Positions 1 to 16,192 of a stretch of 64,000 bases of DNA are shown here, one piece after another. The DNA comes from Peribolospora baueri. Lineage: Eukaryota. Under the pieces are notes generated by a model. That model was not told the DNA's origin and made no database searches. It worked only from the letters and a program-made list of their open reading frames with translations. Both the position numbers and the translations under genes were made by a program. The stretch covers positions 124,001-188,000 of the forward strand of contig JAMDHS010000038.1 in NCBI GenBank assembly GCA_029717555.1. The letters are read 5' to 3'. How positions within the stretch are numbered: the first letter of the stretch is position 1; the number at the start of each line of letters is the position of its first letter.

Positions 1-91
1 TTTGACTGTCTCCTCTTGTCTTCTGCTCGTCGGATCAACAGGCTCTTATCTTTCCGGGCTGACATTTCCTTGTCCCGCCGTCACCGAATAG

Positions 92-202
92 CTTCTCCAA
101 TACGAACCGAAGAAGCGCCTCCCACTCGATCAAGTTCTCCAACATCCCTGGATTCTCAAGTACAAGGCGACGAACAAGAGCGACGGGGCGAGACGCATGT
201 AG
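92..202 (+). CDS. Last exon of a Ser/Thr protein kinase, probably Aurora (Ipl1/Ark1-like); the rest lies upstream of the window
   Basis: After an AG acceptor it reads LLQYEPKKRLPLDQVLQHPWILKYKATNKSDGARRM*, a kinase subdomain XI pattern (R...L.HPW) typical of Aurora kinases. Confidence 0.7.
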   Translation, partial: LLQYEPKKRLPLDQVLQHPWILKYKATNKSDGARRM

Positions 203-237
203 CTCAGGAGCGCAGTCGCCGCGACCTAGAATTAGAA

Positions 238-3782
<3,545 letters not shown>

Positions 3783-5845
3783 GAACGTCTGCGAAGCCGG
3801 TGCGATACGCTCGTCGTCGCCGTCGTTCGTCGCTGTCGTCTTTCGTCGGTGGACTTGATCGGCCCGCATTGCGTCATGGCGGACCGGAGCCTCGGCAGAC
3901 TGCGGCTGCCTGGCTGCGGTTGCATGCATCAAACTTCCATTCCCACCCCGAGCAGACCGATCGAACCACCATCGCCACCGAGGTCGAAATCATTTCGCAT
4001 CATGTTCGCTGGTGAGCTCACTGAAGTGCTAGGGTACAGGAGAACGTCAGCCTGATTTGATGTAGTAAGAAGAACTTACGCTTTTGCCCGCCCTCTTCTT
4101 GTTTCTTCAGGCGCACCCCCCAAGCCCTCCCCCGCTGAGCGCGCCATCGCAAAGATGGAGGTGCGACGGACGTTCACCACTTTCCTCACCGCTGCTGCCG
4201 CCTTGCATTTCGGTGAGTGGGACATGAGCGTCGTACGGACGTCTGGGCCATGTTCTATGCATCGTGGCCGCTTGCCGAGATGCGACATACTTGCTCACTC
4301 CCGCCTCTTGTCCATCCCAGCACCTCTGGCCATAGGCTATGTCCTCCGCCTCTTCAAGAAGCAGTAGAACCTGATCTTCAATGTGAAGGAACGCAATGGC
4401 ATGGCTCGTTGTTAATTATGCTTGTTGCATTTGACCGGGCCATATGCGCTTCTGTCCTCGCTAGCGAATCGAGAGTGTGGCCGATCGCTTCTACCCGTCT
4501 TTTCATCCTGTCCGGTTTTGCAGAAAGTGCCCGGTGCGAGAGCACTGCATGGCCAAGGCATGGGCGGTTTCAAATCGACCCGGCCCGCGCCGTAAGGCGG
4601 GAGGGCGAGCGAGTTTTCGTTCGTCGCGTTCCCACCGTTTTCTTCCACTTTTTTTTGTCTTGCTCCGCCGTCGCATGGGATAACCTGACTGCCGATTTGG
4701 TCTGATCGTTTCTTCGTTCGGACATACGGCCCCCCTCGTGTCAGGGTGCGAGTTCCATGCACCCCGGCTGGTTCGATCGGTCGGGGCTCAGGTCGCGCCG
4801 CACTAGGAAGGAGAAGAAAGGGAGGAAGAACCGACGGTGCCGTCTTTCCTTGCTTCCATTCTTCTTTCCCATCTCGTGCGCGCGCGCACCGACGGCGCAC
4901 ATCGATCGAAGCCGACGTTGCACCGCCAACGTTGGCCGAACCTCGATTGCGGAAAAGACCGCTTGTTGAGCGCTGCCCCTTTAAGGGCTCGCGCCGCCGG
5001 AGAAGCGGCGGCGACGAGCAGTATCAGGGGCGTACATCTTTTTGTTGTCTTGTGTCCTTTTCGGCTCTCTTTTCGGAACGCGTCTTTCATTCCCTCTCTC
5101 GTCTTGTTACGACCGCGATCCGATCTCGCTTCGAAAGGACTGTCATTGTCTGCACGCTCGCCCATCTCGGTCGTTTCACCAGTCGTCCCGACGCTTCGGT
5201 GTGCGCCGCCCCTTCCCCCACCTCTCCTTTGTTTATTTATCTATAATTTTCACCCTCCTCGCGCGGAGAAAAAAAAAAGAAAATGATTTGCGGGACGTGG
5301 GTGGGTGGCCGTGCTATTGAGCGGGGATAGAACAAGAGCATGGAAACGCTTGGAATTGGTTCGAGGCTACGCTACCACTACTCACTCTGCCAAGGGAACG
5401 GAGAAAAGTTACAGCCGATTGGAGCGGAGCGAGATGGGGAAGAGCGGGCGGGTGCAATACAAGAGCGGGAGTTGCGAGCGGTACAGATGGAGACGGACGA
5501 GCGGGGCGGGGCGAGAGGAAGAGGAGAGCGGAAGGGGAAACTCCCGAATGAAGTGAAGTGACGTGAAGTGAGGGAGCCGGAGGAGGCAAACAAGGGAGGC
5601 GAGGGGAAGGACCGCTGGGTAATCAAGAAAATAACAGGAGATAAGACGGAGTCCGACTGGGTAGTACCGCCCTCGCACCTCCAACGACCGAAGGGAAAAC
5701 CAAGGAAAGAAACAAAGCCTTAGGAAACGGCGACCGAGACGGGAGAGCGCGGAAAAGAAAGGAAGAACGACAAGCGGGGACGGTATGTAGAACGTGAAAG
5801 ACGGCCGAGGCCGAACGAACGAACGAACGAACGCCGATGGCTGGG

Positions 5846-8800
5846 TCAATATTGCGTACGATCCCTCAACCTGAACCTCTGCAGACCTCCGCGCCAATAC
5901 CAACTGTCGCCACCTCCGACGACGACGGACGAAGGGTCGCCGCGTTGCTCCTGCGGTGAACCATCCCCTTCTTCTCCCGTCCCGCTACCGCCCGGAAGCG
6001 GTGGCGGTGGCGGTGGCGGCGGCGACGGCGGTGACATGCCAGACGCGTCGCGTCCACACGCGCTCGAGCCGTGGCCGGGGAGGCGCTCGCGACTGGCCGC
6101 CCGAGGGTCAGAGAAAGGCCCGAGGCCGTCGAGGGCGCGGGCGCGATCGACGACGGCGGTGGCGGAAGAAGCGTCGTCGGTGGGTGGAGAGTGGTGATGG
6201 TGAACCATCCCCCCCCTCCTCCTCCTCTCTCGCTCCCTCGCCTGCGCTCTCGCTTCCGACACCGCCTCGTCCGCCGCTTCGTACGAGCCTGGCTCGGCCG
6301 GTCTGCGAGCCCTGCCGGGGCGGATGGGCGAGGAGAGGGTGGAGAGGGTACGAGGGCGAGCGTCGGTGGAGAGGGTACGAGGGCGAGCGTCGGTGGAGTG
6401 GGTACGAGGGCGAGCGTCGAGGTGGTGCGCATCGGCGCCGTTCGTCGCGTTGACAAAGGCGTAGCTACCGTCTAGGAGGGGCAGGTCAGACGCGGAGGGA
6501 GGGTGATCATACGAGGGAGCGCGGGCGAGATCGCCGGCGAGACTGGGACGGGATCCCGTCTGCGGCGGAGGCGAGCCGGCCGGAGTGGCGAGCGGGAGGT
6601 AGTCGAACGAGGAGCCGGACGAGCGCGAGGGCGAGCGCGGAGAAAGAGAGACAAAGGGCGACGCGGCGGAGCGGGTGTAAGGGGGGGAGGCCGAGTTGGG
6701 GATCGGAGGCGACGTCAGCTCGGTGGCCCGCGTGCGCCGAGCGGTTTGAGGAGCGACCTGCGCCGCCGCGCTCGTGCGGTGGTGGCGCGCTGGCCGACCG
6801 CGCGAATGGGCGGGGGAGGATGGTGGTCGTGATCGTGGTGGTCGTCGTCGCCGGCGCTCGGACGAATCCGCCCGTCTCCTTCCAACACGGCCACCGCGCT
6901 GGTTGTCCGTCGCCGCCGCCGACGACGACGACGTAGCAGATTCATCGTCGGTGCTCCGTCGACCAGCTCCATCCTCCTCCTCCGACTCGTCCTCCCAACC
7001 GCCACTGTCATCGTCGTCGTCGTCGTCCTCCTCCTCCTCGTCGTCGGAACGCTCTTCTTCTAGTCTCTCACTCCCCTCTTCCTCCCGCCGTCTCCGCCGC
7101 CGTCTCCGTCTCCGCGCACCACCGCCACTACCACCACCACCACCGGACGTCGACGCCGAAGGCCGCCTGCCACACGAGCACTGATGCGACCCTTCTTCGT
7201 CGGCCCCCGCCGCCGTCGCCCTCCACCCGCGCGGACTGAGCGAGCCCTCAGCGTAGACCATATTGCTCAACCCCGGCCCTCCCCACCCACCACCTCTCCC
7301 GCCGCCGAGGACCTGTTCACGCAATCCGATCTGCTCGCTCGCCCGCTTCTTCGCCGCTGCATCGTGAGCGAGGCGGAGACGGCGCAAGTGGGAGTGGACG
7401 AAGGAGAGGGAAGAGGTGGACATGAGTGCCCGCCACGCGCCTGCGACGGGACGGAGGAGCGGGTGAAGGGTGGAGGGAGAGCGGGAGGAGTGGGTCGAGC
7501 TGGAGGAGGTGCCGGTTCCGACGCGCGACTCGGCTCTCGCGTCCACGTTGCCGTTGCCGTGGCCGTTGACGACGACGCGCCTCAAGCCGGCGTCCAAGGC
7601 GGCGTCCGGCGAGTCGCCATCGACGGCCTCGCGGGAGGAAGCTCTGGAACGCATGGGCTGCAGCTCGAGCCAAGACGACGACGACGGCCCGTCGGCCCTC
7701 GCTCCTGCGGCTGCTGTCCAGCGACGACGGGAGAGGACGTTGCCGTTGCCGTCGCCGCCGGACAAGGTGCTGGCGATCGTGGCGGTACGGGAACCCGTGC
7801 CGAGGGCGATGTGCGTCCTCCAACGTTCCAGCCTGGAGCCGATGTCGAGGTGGCCCTGATGGTGGTGGTCGTCCTCCCCCTCCTCCTCGCCGCCGAGCGT
7901 GGCGAGCTTCTTCCTCCTCGTCCGCTCCTCCTTCTCCTCCTTGAGCCTTTTCCTTTCCTTCTTCCTCCGCTCCTTCTCCTCCCTTTCCACCATGTCCTCC
8001 ACCTCGCCGATCCCCATCCCAGCGCCGACCCACCACCAAAAGCCGAGCCAGCTCTGCCAGAGGGTGAGCGTCCAACCGAGGCCGGGGAGCCACCAGAGAC
8101 GATCGTATTTGATCTGTGCAAAGTAGATGGCGCAGTTGAGCGTCGCGAGGCCCATGGCGCCGCCGCCAAAGGCCGCCGTGCCGCCGTCGGTGCGCCATGC
8201 GCGCCTGCGGTTGACGAGCACGCCCCAGATGACGAGGGCGAGCGAGTAGAGGAGGGCGAGGGTGGAGTTGCAAATGCTGCGCACCGCATCGCCCAAGTCT
8301 TGCCGCTCCGCCTCGACGGCAAGGTCCATGAACTCCATCCCGGAGGAGGCCAACGCCAAAGGGACTGGTGGGAGGAGAAAGGGAAAAGGACCATGTGAGT
8401 GCATGCGACACTGCCGACATGCCCTCTTTCGACGGCTCACCGAGAAGCCAGCAGATCAACTTGGCTTCGAGCCTCGACGGGAAGAGAAGCGTCAAGAATT
8501 GAATGAGCGTGCACTGCGGGAGAGGGAGGCGTGTGAGCGACAGAAATGATTAAGAAAAGAAAGGGAAAACGAAAACGCACATGACACATGGCGGTGACGA
8601 CGGACTTCATCATGAGCCAAAGGCCGGTCTCGGCGTCGGTCCAGGAGCTGTCGTCGTCGTCGTCGTTGGGGGGCATCTCGACGGCTATGTAAGGAAACAT
8701 ATAAGGCCTCTCGTGGGCTTTTGCCTGTAGCCAGGCGAGGACGACGTGCATCTCGGCGCAGAGGTTGAGAAGGAGGAAGAGGGTGCTGCTGAGTTGGAGG

Positions 8801-9715
8801 ATGTAGTTGAGTTTGGAGAGCGGGTAGTGGTATCGAAAGGTGAAGATGAGGTGGAGGACGAGGACGATGACGAGAGCGATGTCGATGCCGCTGACGATGG
8901 ACTGGGAGGGTACGGAGAAGACAAAGTCGGGCATGTAGGCCAGGAGCGGGTCGGTGTGGGACGTTTTGCTCGTCGGTTGCGGCTGGCCCTGCTCGACGGT
9001 GTAGGAGCTGGAGGGAGGGACGGGGGGAAGGCCCACCAAGCGGAGAAGAGCGAGTGAGCCTCATCGTCGTAGGTCACGCCAGCAGAAATGGCTGGTGGAA
9101 TACTCACGTCGGCAAGGGGCCGTACCCGTAGCGATCGGTGCCCATATCGCTTACGGTGACGGTGACGGTGGTGACGGTCGCGTTGCCGTTGACGGTGGCG
9201 TTGCTGGAAAGGGAGGCGGGGGAGGCGGTAGAGGACACGATGGGCGAGCCGCTCGATGCGCGAGCTCCTGTCGCGGCAGCATCGCTCGGGGAGGTGGCCC
9301 TGGGGCGAAGGGCGTGCGCGACTGTAGGCGTGAGTGGCGGCGGGGTAGGGGGAGGAGAGACGGGGAAGAGGGGGGGAAGGGGATAGCGGGGGATAGCGAG
9401 GACGAGGTCGAGGAAAAAGGACAGGAGGAGCAAGAGAAGAAAGAAAGGATATCGAGGGGTACGAAGAGGAAAGAACGAATGCCGACGACGGCGGGGGGCC
9501 GCCGATCGGTGTCGGTGTCGCGCGGCGGATGTGAGTACTGGTGGGGGTGATGCGGGAGGTGGTGACGACGGCGCCAGCGGCGTGGAGAGGGGAAGGTCGG
9601 GCTGGCCGTTATCGTTATCGGTCTTGCTCTTGCTCTTGCTCTTGCTCTCCATCGCCCTCGTCCTCGCCCTCGTCTCCAACCCGTTATCGCAATACCATGG
9701 CGGACGAGGGGCCAT
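5846..9715 (-). CDS. PalH/Rim21- or Rra1-like multi-pass membrane pH sensor with long disordered C-terminal tail
   Basis: Hydrophobic segments IALVIVLVLHLIFTFRYHYPLSKLNYILQLS, ICNSTLALLYSLALVIWG and WTLTLWQSWLGFWWWVGAGMG, then a highly charged E/K/R stretch and a Ser/Arg-rich tail. GT-AG introns near 9107-9009, 8580-8516 and 8440-8367. Start uncertain. Confidence 0.7.
6339..6419 (-). repeat. Three 27-bp coding tandem repeats (DARPRT[H/L]ST)
   Basis: gtggagagggtacgagggcgagcgtcg x3 on the + strand, one copy slightly diverged. Confidence 0.9.
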
Positions 9716-10472
9716 GCGAAAGTGAAAAGAAGTCATTCATTCACTCCCTGGAGGGCGGCGCCCGCGGGCGGAGGAAGGAAGCGAAAGAAAGTGTGGAGGG
9801 ATACGGAGGTGGGGAGGGATGAGGAGGGGAAGCTGAGACGAGACGAGACGAGGCAGGAGGAGGATGGGAGAAAGTGGATGAGAAAAGAAACGTCGATGGC
9901 GGAGGCAAGTGCACGACGTCCGACGGCGCGGGGCGAGACGCCAGTCGGGCCAGCGGCACGTGCCTGGCCTGGCGGAACGCTCACCGCGACCGGACCGGGG
10001 CGTCGGTATCTCCTCTTTCTATCTCGTCCGCCCGGGCAGCTTTGGAATCATCGATCCAAGACGCTTTCGACGCTTTCGCACTGCCACCGAGTCTCTCAGC
10101 AGATGGAATAGGGATAGGGATAGGGTTCATCCAGCGCCTCAGTGAGGTACATGGGAGAACACGCGTGGCTTAGGATGAAGGCGAAGAGGGGGAAGAAAGG
10201 GCACGGGCGTTCTGGAGAGAGAGACAGACAGACAGCCAGCGATGATCGATCGATCGATCGCTGCGCCACGGCTCTTCAGACGGCGACGGCCGCCTGCAAC
10301 CGGCTAGGACGGCGGGGTCGTCGGAAGAGCGAACGAACCGGTCTGGCGAGAGGGCTCGGAAACGCGACCAGCCGGCGGACGGGCGGTCTTCACGTTCCAA
10401 GGGCAGGCGCAGTTAGAAGTGGGACGAGAAGAGGAGAGGGCGAAGGCGGAGGACGGATGGTTGGTTCGCCTG

Positions 10473-10504
<32 letters not shown>

Positions 10505-11048
10505 CCTTCCACCTGGACGGGGCAACAGATGCGATGGGGTGAAACGAACGAGGGGACGAGGGTGTGTGGTGGTGGGATGGGCGGGGAGCGTCGGGAAGGA
10601 CCCTCGGAACAAATATCGCCGGCGGTGGACAGAGCAACACACGTCGTCGGGATCGAATCCTTCCTTCCGACCGGACATTGGACATTGGACATTGACAGGA
10701 ACCGTCCGTAAGTTCCCGGGTGGACCGTGCGCACATGAATGGATTCGATTCGATGGCTGTGACTGGCTGGCAGAGCGTTCGTTCGTTCGTTCGTTCTGTT
10801 GTGATCGGCGTCGGCGGCAGATGGGTGGTCGGTTGACGTGAAGGACCGGCGGCGGTCTACGGTAACTCCCGATGACATCCTGCATCCGTCTGTCGCCTGT
10901 CCGTCGTTGTCCGTGCTTCCGCTCCTTCTTTCGTTCGTGCCTTTTGCCTTCTTCCGTCCCCGTCCTCGTCGGTCCGAGGCGAGCCGAAGCTGTCTGGTCT
11001 GGGCCTGTCTCGCCCGTCCGTCGGGTCGGAGGCGGCAAGTCGGACGCT

Positions 11049-11097
11049 GTCGGAGGCCGTCGGAGGCCGTCGGAGGCCGTCGGAGGCCGTCGGAGGT
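11049..11097. repeat. 10-bp minisatellite (GTCGGAGGCC) about x5
   Basis: Seen directly, intergenic. Confidence 0.9.
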
Positions 11098-11871
11098 GGT
11101 TGTGGACGACCAGACCAGAGCAGACCCGACCCAAGTCCGGGCGCGATGCGGGACACGAGCATGGGGGAACTGCGACACCGGCTTGTCAATGAGCCGGTCG
11201 GTTGGCCAGGCAGGCCGACGAGGGGATGGGATGGCGAATGGAGATGGAAGGCGGGTTGGACGTCGGACGTCGATCATCGTTCAGGCTTCGGTCAGCGCGG
11301 GCAGGCGAGGTTGACGTGACTGGACTGGATTAGACTGGCTGAGCGGGCTGCGTGGGCGTTGGGTGGGGCAAGGTGAGTTTGGGCGACGGAGTGGGTGAGA
11401 TTGAGATTATGACAGCAGACGCGTGACAGTTGGCACACACATAGACAGGCCAAGCTAGACTAGGCAGGATGACATAACCGACAGACGGCAGCGACGGCGA
11501 GCGAGCGACCGTGACCGCCGGCTTAGCCACAGCCCGCGCCAGCGGTCGAACAAGCGACGACAACAGACTCGGGCGAGCGGGCGAGCGAGCGAGGCGAGGA
11601 AGAAAGAAATAGAAGGAAGGTGTGTGTTCTGCCCTGGTAGACAGCAGTCGCCATCGCCATCCTTAAACGACCACCTCCAACCATCCCTTCCTTCTCCCCT
11701 TCCATCCCACCGACGCCTTCCTCCCTTCCAACAACCTCCAAACAAGCCCACCTCCCCGCCTTCCCCGCCTTCCCCGCCCTCCACCTCCTTCCTCCGACCA
11801 CCGCGCCGCTCGCTTCCCTGTCCCCGCGCCCACGCCTTCGCCTCCTTCACCTCGCCCTCCCATTCGCCTCC

Positions 11872-11992
11872 ATGGCGCACGAGAGCGCCGCCGCCGCCTT
11901 CTCTTCCTTCCCTCTCACCGCCGCTCGTGTCCTCCTCTCCTCCTGGCGACTGCCTCAGCATTACCGCGACCGAGAACGAGGGGGAGAAGCAG

Positions 11993-12033
<41 letters not shown>

Positions 12034-14874
12034 GAAGACGAAAGACCGCCCTCCTCCCCTTCCGCACCCCTCCCGTTGCCGCCCACCCCCTCCTCCTCTT
12101 CTTCGCCCTCGACCCCGGCACACGACGACGACATGCTCTCCCTCCGCACTGATATCCCTCTTCCCCGCGCCGGCGAGGAGGTGCTTGCCTCCTCGCCGCT
12201 CGGCCGTCGGCCTACGGTGACGGCGACGATGGACGAGAGAAAAGGACCACCGCCGGCCTCCTATCGCATAAATACGCCCTCCTCGCCGGACCGCCTTTCT
12301 CCCCTCGACCTCCCCCCCATCCTCCGACTAACCACTCCTTCCTCTTCCACCGACTCCCAAGCCGACGCCCTCAAGCCCCACCTGCCTAGCATCCATTCCC
12401 TCTTCCACTCCGAGCTCACCTTCTCCCACTCCCCTTCCCCATCCCCCTTCTCTCCACCCATTTCGTCCCCCGACACGGGCTGCGGCTACGGCCGCGGCCA
12501 CGGATACGGCGGATCTCCTGAGATGTATGCGTCCGACTCTGTACGCGTTTTCTCCCGCGTCGGACACCCTTTCCCCCGTGTCCCGAGGTCAGTCGCATCA
12601 TTTTCATTTTCCGCGTCGCACGCAATGCGAGGACAAGACGGCCTCACGCCTCGTCAGACCATCCACTGACTCTTCTTCCCTCGTCTCGCCAGTTCGCCCC
12701 CTCTTCATCCCCGACATGGCTACACTACCGAGACCGAGTCCGGAAGCGATGGCACGCCGACGTGCGAGCCCCCACCCGGCTCCATCTTTAGCATCGCCAG
12801 GATCCGCTCCACCACCGACGGACGCGCGTCGCCGCTTCGCGGGCTTGACGAGCTCGAGGCCGCACATCACTATTGGAGGCGTCTCAAGCTCAGGGCCAGA
12901 GCCCCACCGGGGACCCTCAGCGAGGCCGGTAGTCGTGGCGGGAAAAGAGGAAGGTGGGAAGGAGAAGGAGAAGGAGAAGGAGAAGGAGAAGGAGAAGGAG
13001 AAGGAGAAGGAGAAGGAGAAGGAGAAGGAGAAGGAGAAGGAGAAGGAGAAGGAGAAGGAGAAGGAGAAGGAGAAGGAGAAGGAGAAGGAAGCGAAGAAGA
13101 AGAAAGGAGAGGAGGACGAGACGGCCAATACGCACAAGGCAACGGCGACGTGCGGCTCAGTCCGCGGACAGAGATAAGGTTGCGCCTACGAGGAGGCTCC
13201 CATTCCCCCACCGGCCCTCCCGGCAAGGCCATCACCGAGTTCAACCTCGACGTCGACGCTCAAGCCAAAGAGATGGACACTTTTCAGTCCTTCGCCACCC
13301 TCGACCCTACCACCACCCCGTCGTCCTCGTCTTCACACCCGCACAAACGCTCCGCCACAGAGGCCGGCTTGGGCGCCCCACCGACCGCCGGCGGCACTGA
13401 GATTCATGAAAGGGAGCGGGCGCAGCTCCCTTATCAAAGTCAGTATCTCGCATGGGCGGAGGATGCGGTCGACTCGGTCGTCGTCGTACTCACCGCCCCA
13501 TGCTCTCTTTCTCACACCAGCAGGATGGGACGGCAGCGCGTTGCCTCCTCCTTTCCAAATCGCAGGAGCGCCGCCTCATGCGACCTATGCGCCATCGCCC
13601 CCCTACCTTCCACAGGTCCAGGTTCAGCTCTCATTTGGCAGAACAGCGCCCGAGTTTGGACACCCCTCCGCTCCGTCCCCCATTTCGAGTCACTGGCCCA
13701 ATGTAGCAGTGCCGATGCCGGTGTCTGAGCCGCCGCCGATCGACGCGCCCGTTCCCAGGGCCGTCATGGGTCCTCCTCCCTACTCGGGCCAGGAGCACGC
13801 ATATCCTGCGGGGCGCGCGCGAGTGCCGGCGTCGGCAATGGCGACGACGACGACGTCTCCCTCGTCCGGTTACCAGCAGAACCCCTTTCCTCCGTCGCCC
13901 TCTTCCTCCGACTTTGCGCCGCCTTGGCCCGTTCCATCCTCCATCTCCTTCTGGCAGGGCCACTCGCACCGGCCCTCGTCGTCGTCGTCCTCCGACCCTC
14001 GACACTCACATGCTTCCAGGGCCGCCACCTCGTCCTCTTCCCGAATGTCTAGCCCCCCGCACCGCTACGGCCCTTCCGTGCTCCTCCCCCAGGACGCCCC
14101 CGTCGTACCGCGCCGCAGGGGCAAGCTGCCCAAGCACGTCACCGAGCTTCTCCGCGCTTGGCTCCTCGATCACGCCTCCCATCCGTACCCGACCGAGGAG
14201 GAGAAGAAGACGCTGTGTATGCAGACGGCGCTCAGCATCAGTCAGATTTCCAATGTGAGTTGACGCGAAGGAGGGAGGAAAATAAAAAAAAATAAAATAA
14301 AAAAAGAAAGAAAGGGTGCTAACCTACGTCCGTTTCGTTCCCTCAGTGGTTCATCAACGCCCGGCGCAGGATCCTTGTCCCCGTCGCCAATGGCGGCTTC
14401 TCTCTCGGCGCCGCGGCGGCTATCCAACAGAAGCAACGACAACAACAGCGGCAACAGCAACAGCAGGATGCGACGACGACACTGCCGGTTGGCTCTGGAA
14501 CTGCGGCTGGTACGCCTCGCGTTGGCGGGACGCAAGCGCTACCTGCGTCTTGGTCACCCCGCGCCGACAGTCCGGGCGAGCAAGCGCTGCGGTCACCCAC
14601 CGCCGCTTCCACTTCCTCCACCCATACCGCCGCCGCCGGACATTCTCCCTCTCGGTGGCCGCCACCGCACCCGTCGTCTACCGAACGCGCTGACCCGACG
14701 GACTACAACTTTGCCGACGAATTGTCCCCCTCCTTTTCTTCCCACCACAGTTCTTTGCCCACCGTCCACCCGCTCGCTCCTCCTCCTCCTCTCCACCTCT
14801 CCCACATCTCTAACCCAGGCCCGTACGCGCACGCGCACGGAAGGACTTCTCCGCACGGCGACCTCGGAGGATAG
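11872..14874 (+). CDS. TALE-class homeodomain transcription factor (Cup9/Tos8/TGIF-like), 4 exons
   Basis: RRRGKLPKHVTELLRAWLLDHASHPYPTEEEKKTLCMQTALSISQISN|WFINARRRIL (PYP loop, WFxN). Phase-compatible introns 12525-12692, 13439-13520 and 14255-14346; stop TAG 14872-14874. Start may instead be 12133 or 12229. Confidence 0.88.
11993..12033 (+). repeat. (CAGAAC)n microsatellite, about 6-7 units, encoding EP repeats if ATG 11872 is used
   Basis: Seen directly. Confidence 0.9.
12958..13089 (+). repeat. Perfect (GGAGAA)21 microsatellite inside exon 2 of the homeodomain gene (poly-GE)
   Basis: 21 uninterrupted hexamers at 12961-13086. Confidence 0.97.
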
Positions 14875-16192
14875 AGAGAGGGGACCAGGTCTTCCGCCGC
14901 CGTCGTCGTCGACCGTGCGGAAGCAGGCGCGGGCCCGCCTCTCCGACCTTCACACTCCCGCATTGGCTTTGGCCTCTTTGGCTTTGGCCGCCGAAGATAG
15001 CTGCCTCCCTTGCCCTGTTCCGAGTGGACCCACGGAGGCCACTGGTGCGATCGGGCCGACGACGGGAGAGGAGACGGCGTTCGTGTACGCCAATGCCGCT
15101 GAACCTTTGTCGGCTGAGGCGGAGAGCGACAGGTTTGGAGGGCGTGGCGGCGGCGGCGGCGGCGGCTGGGAGGAGGAAAGATAGGAGTGCGGACACGGAG
15201 TGATGGTACGGGGTTCGCTAGGTTTTTTTTTCCCGTCCCCTCTTGTCTCACGCACGTTGTTGTTTGTCTGTCTGTTGTATGTCTGTAGTCTGGTTAACCT
15301 GGATCGGAACTCGGAATTCACGTTCCCGCCCGAGGCGGCGATCCCCCGTCCGTCCGTCCTTGTTTGTGTGTGTCTGTCTGTCACTCGTACTGCCGCATCT
15401 TTTCGTTCGTTCGTTCGTCCGTCCGTCGGTGCCGATCGTGTTCGTTTCCAGACGGCCATCGTCCGCTTTTCTGGGTTGCCGTCGCTCGTATGCTCGTCGC
15501 TTCGTTCGTTTCGTTTTGTCGTTTCGTTTGTTCGTTTTGTTTGTTTTGTTCGTTTTCCTTCCGCCCCGGAGTCGGCCATCCTCCGTCCGTCCGTCCGTCC
15601 GTGCTCGAGTCCTGTCTTTCTCTTCCGCTCCTCTCTCTCTTTCCCTCCCCCTCCCTTCCTTCGTCCCTCCCTTCGCTTTCCATTTTTTTCCCCTTCTTCT
15701 TTCCTCTTCCTCCCTTCGCTTTCCTTCTTCCCCTCCGCCCTCCTCCCTCTTGTCCTGCGGAGCCCGCTCTCGTTCCCCCTCGTTTTCGCACTCTCTTTTT
15801 GTCGCTCACCTACTCCCGTCCTTTTCCTTCGTCCCGCCCGCCCGATCGTGTTTGTAATGGCCATGTAGCCTCTCCCCCTCCCCCTGCTTCGTTACGTTAC
15901 ATTCCAAGCCCCCTTGTATTCCATTTGCCCACCACTCCACTCTGCCTCTGCGAGCGAGATCGGCAGGCGGCATGCGATGGCGACGAGACGGGAGTGAATG
16001 ATGATCGACGATCGACGACCGGTCCGTAAAATCGGATCGGACGGACGTCCCTGGACTTGACATTGCCCTCGTCCGTCGCCTCGCGTCGTTTCTACTCTAT
16101 GCTAATGACCGTCGGCGAACCAAGGACAGATGCAGGAGCGAGGCTTAAAAGGACGGGAGCGACGGCGAGGTCCTCACCCAGACAAGTAAAGA

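Noticed and set aside
7184..8495. Long overlapping ORFs of 270-404 aa
   Set aside because: Shadow frames of the GC-rich PalH/Rra1-like coding sequence.
6339..11097. Short tandem repeats as a possible CRISPR array
   Set aside because: No unique spacers, eukaryotic context, no cas genes.
11330..11563. Presequence-like 77-aa ORF
   Set aside because: No ATG start and no supporting downstream exons.
12604..13400. ORFs with poly-SF, poly-L, poly-R, poly-SP or poly-EK
   Set aside because: These are alternative frames of the (GGAGAA)n repeat. Only the GE frame connects to the homeodomain through phase-compatible introns.
14950..16029. Several ORFs of 200-300 aa
   Set aside because: Low-complexity pyrimidine-rich 3' region with few stops; no domain content.
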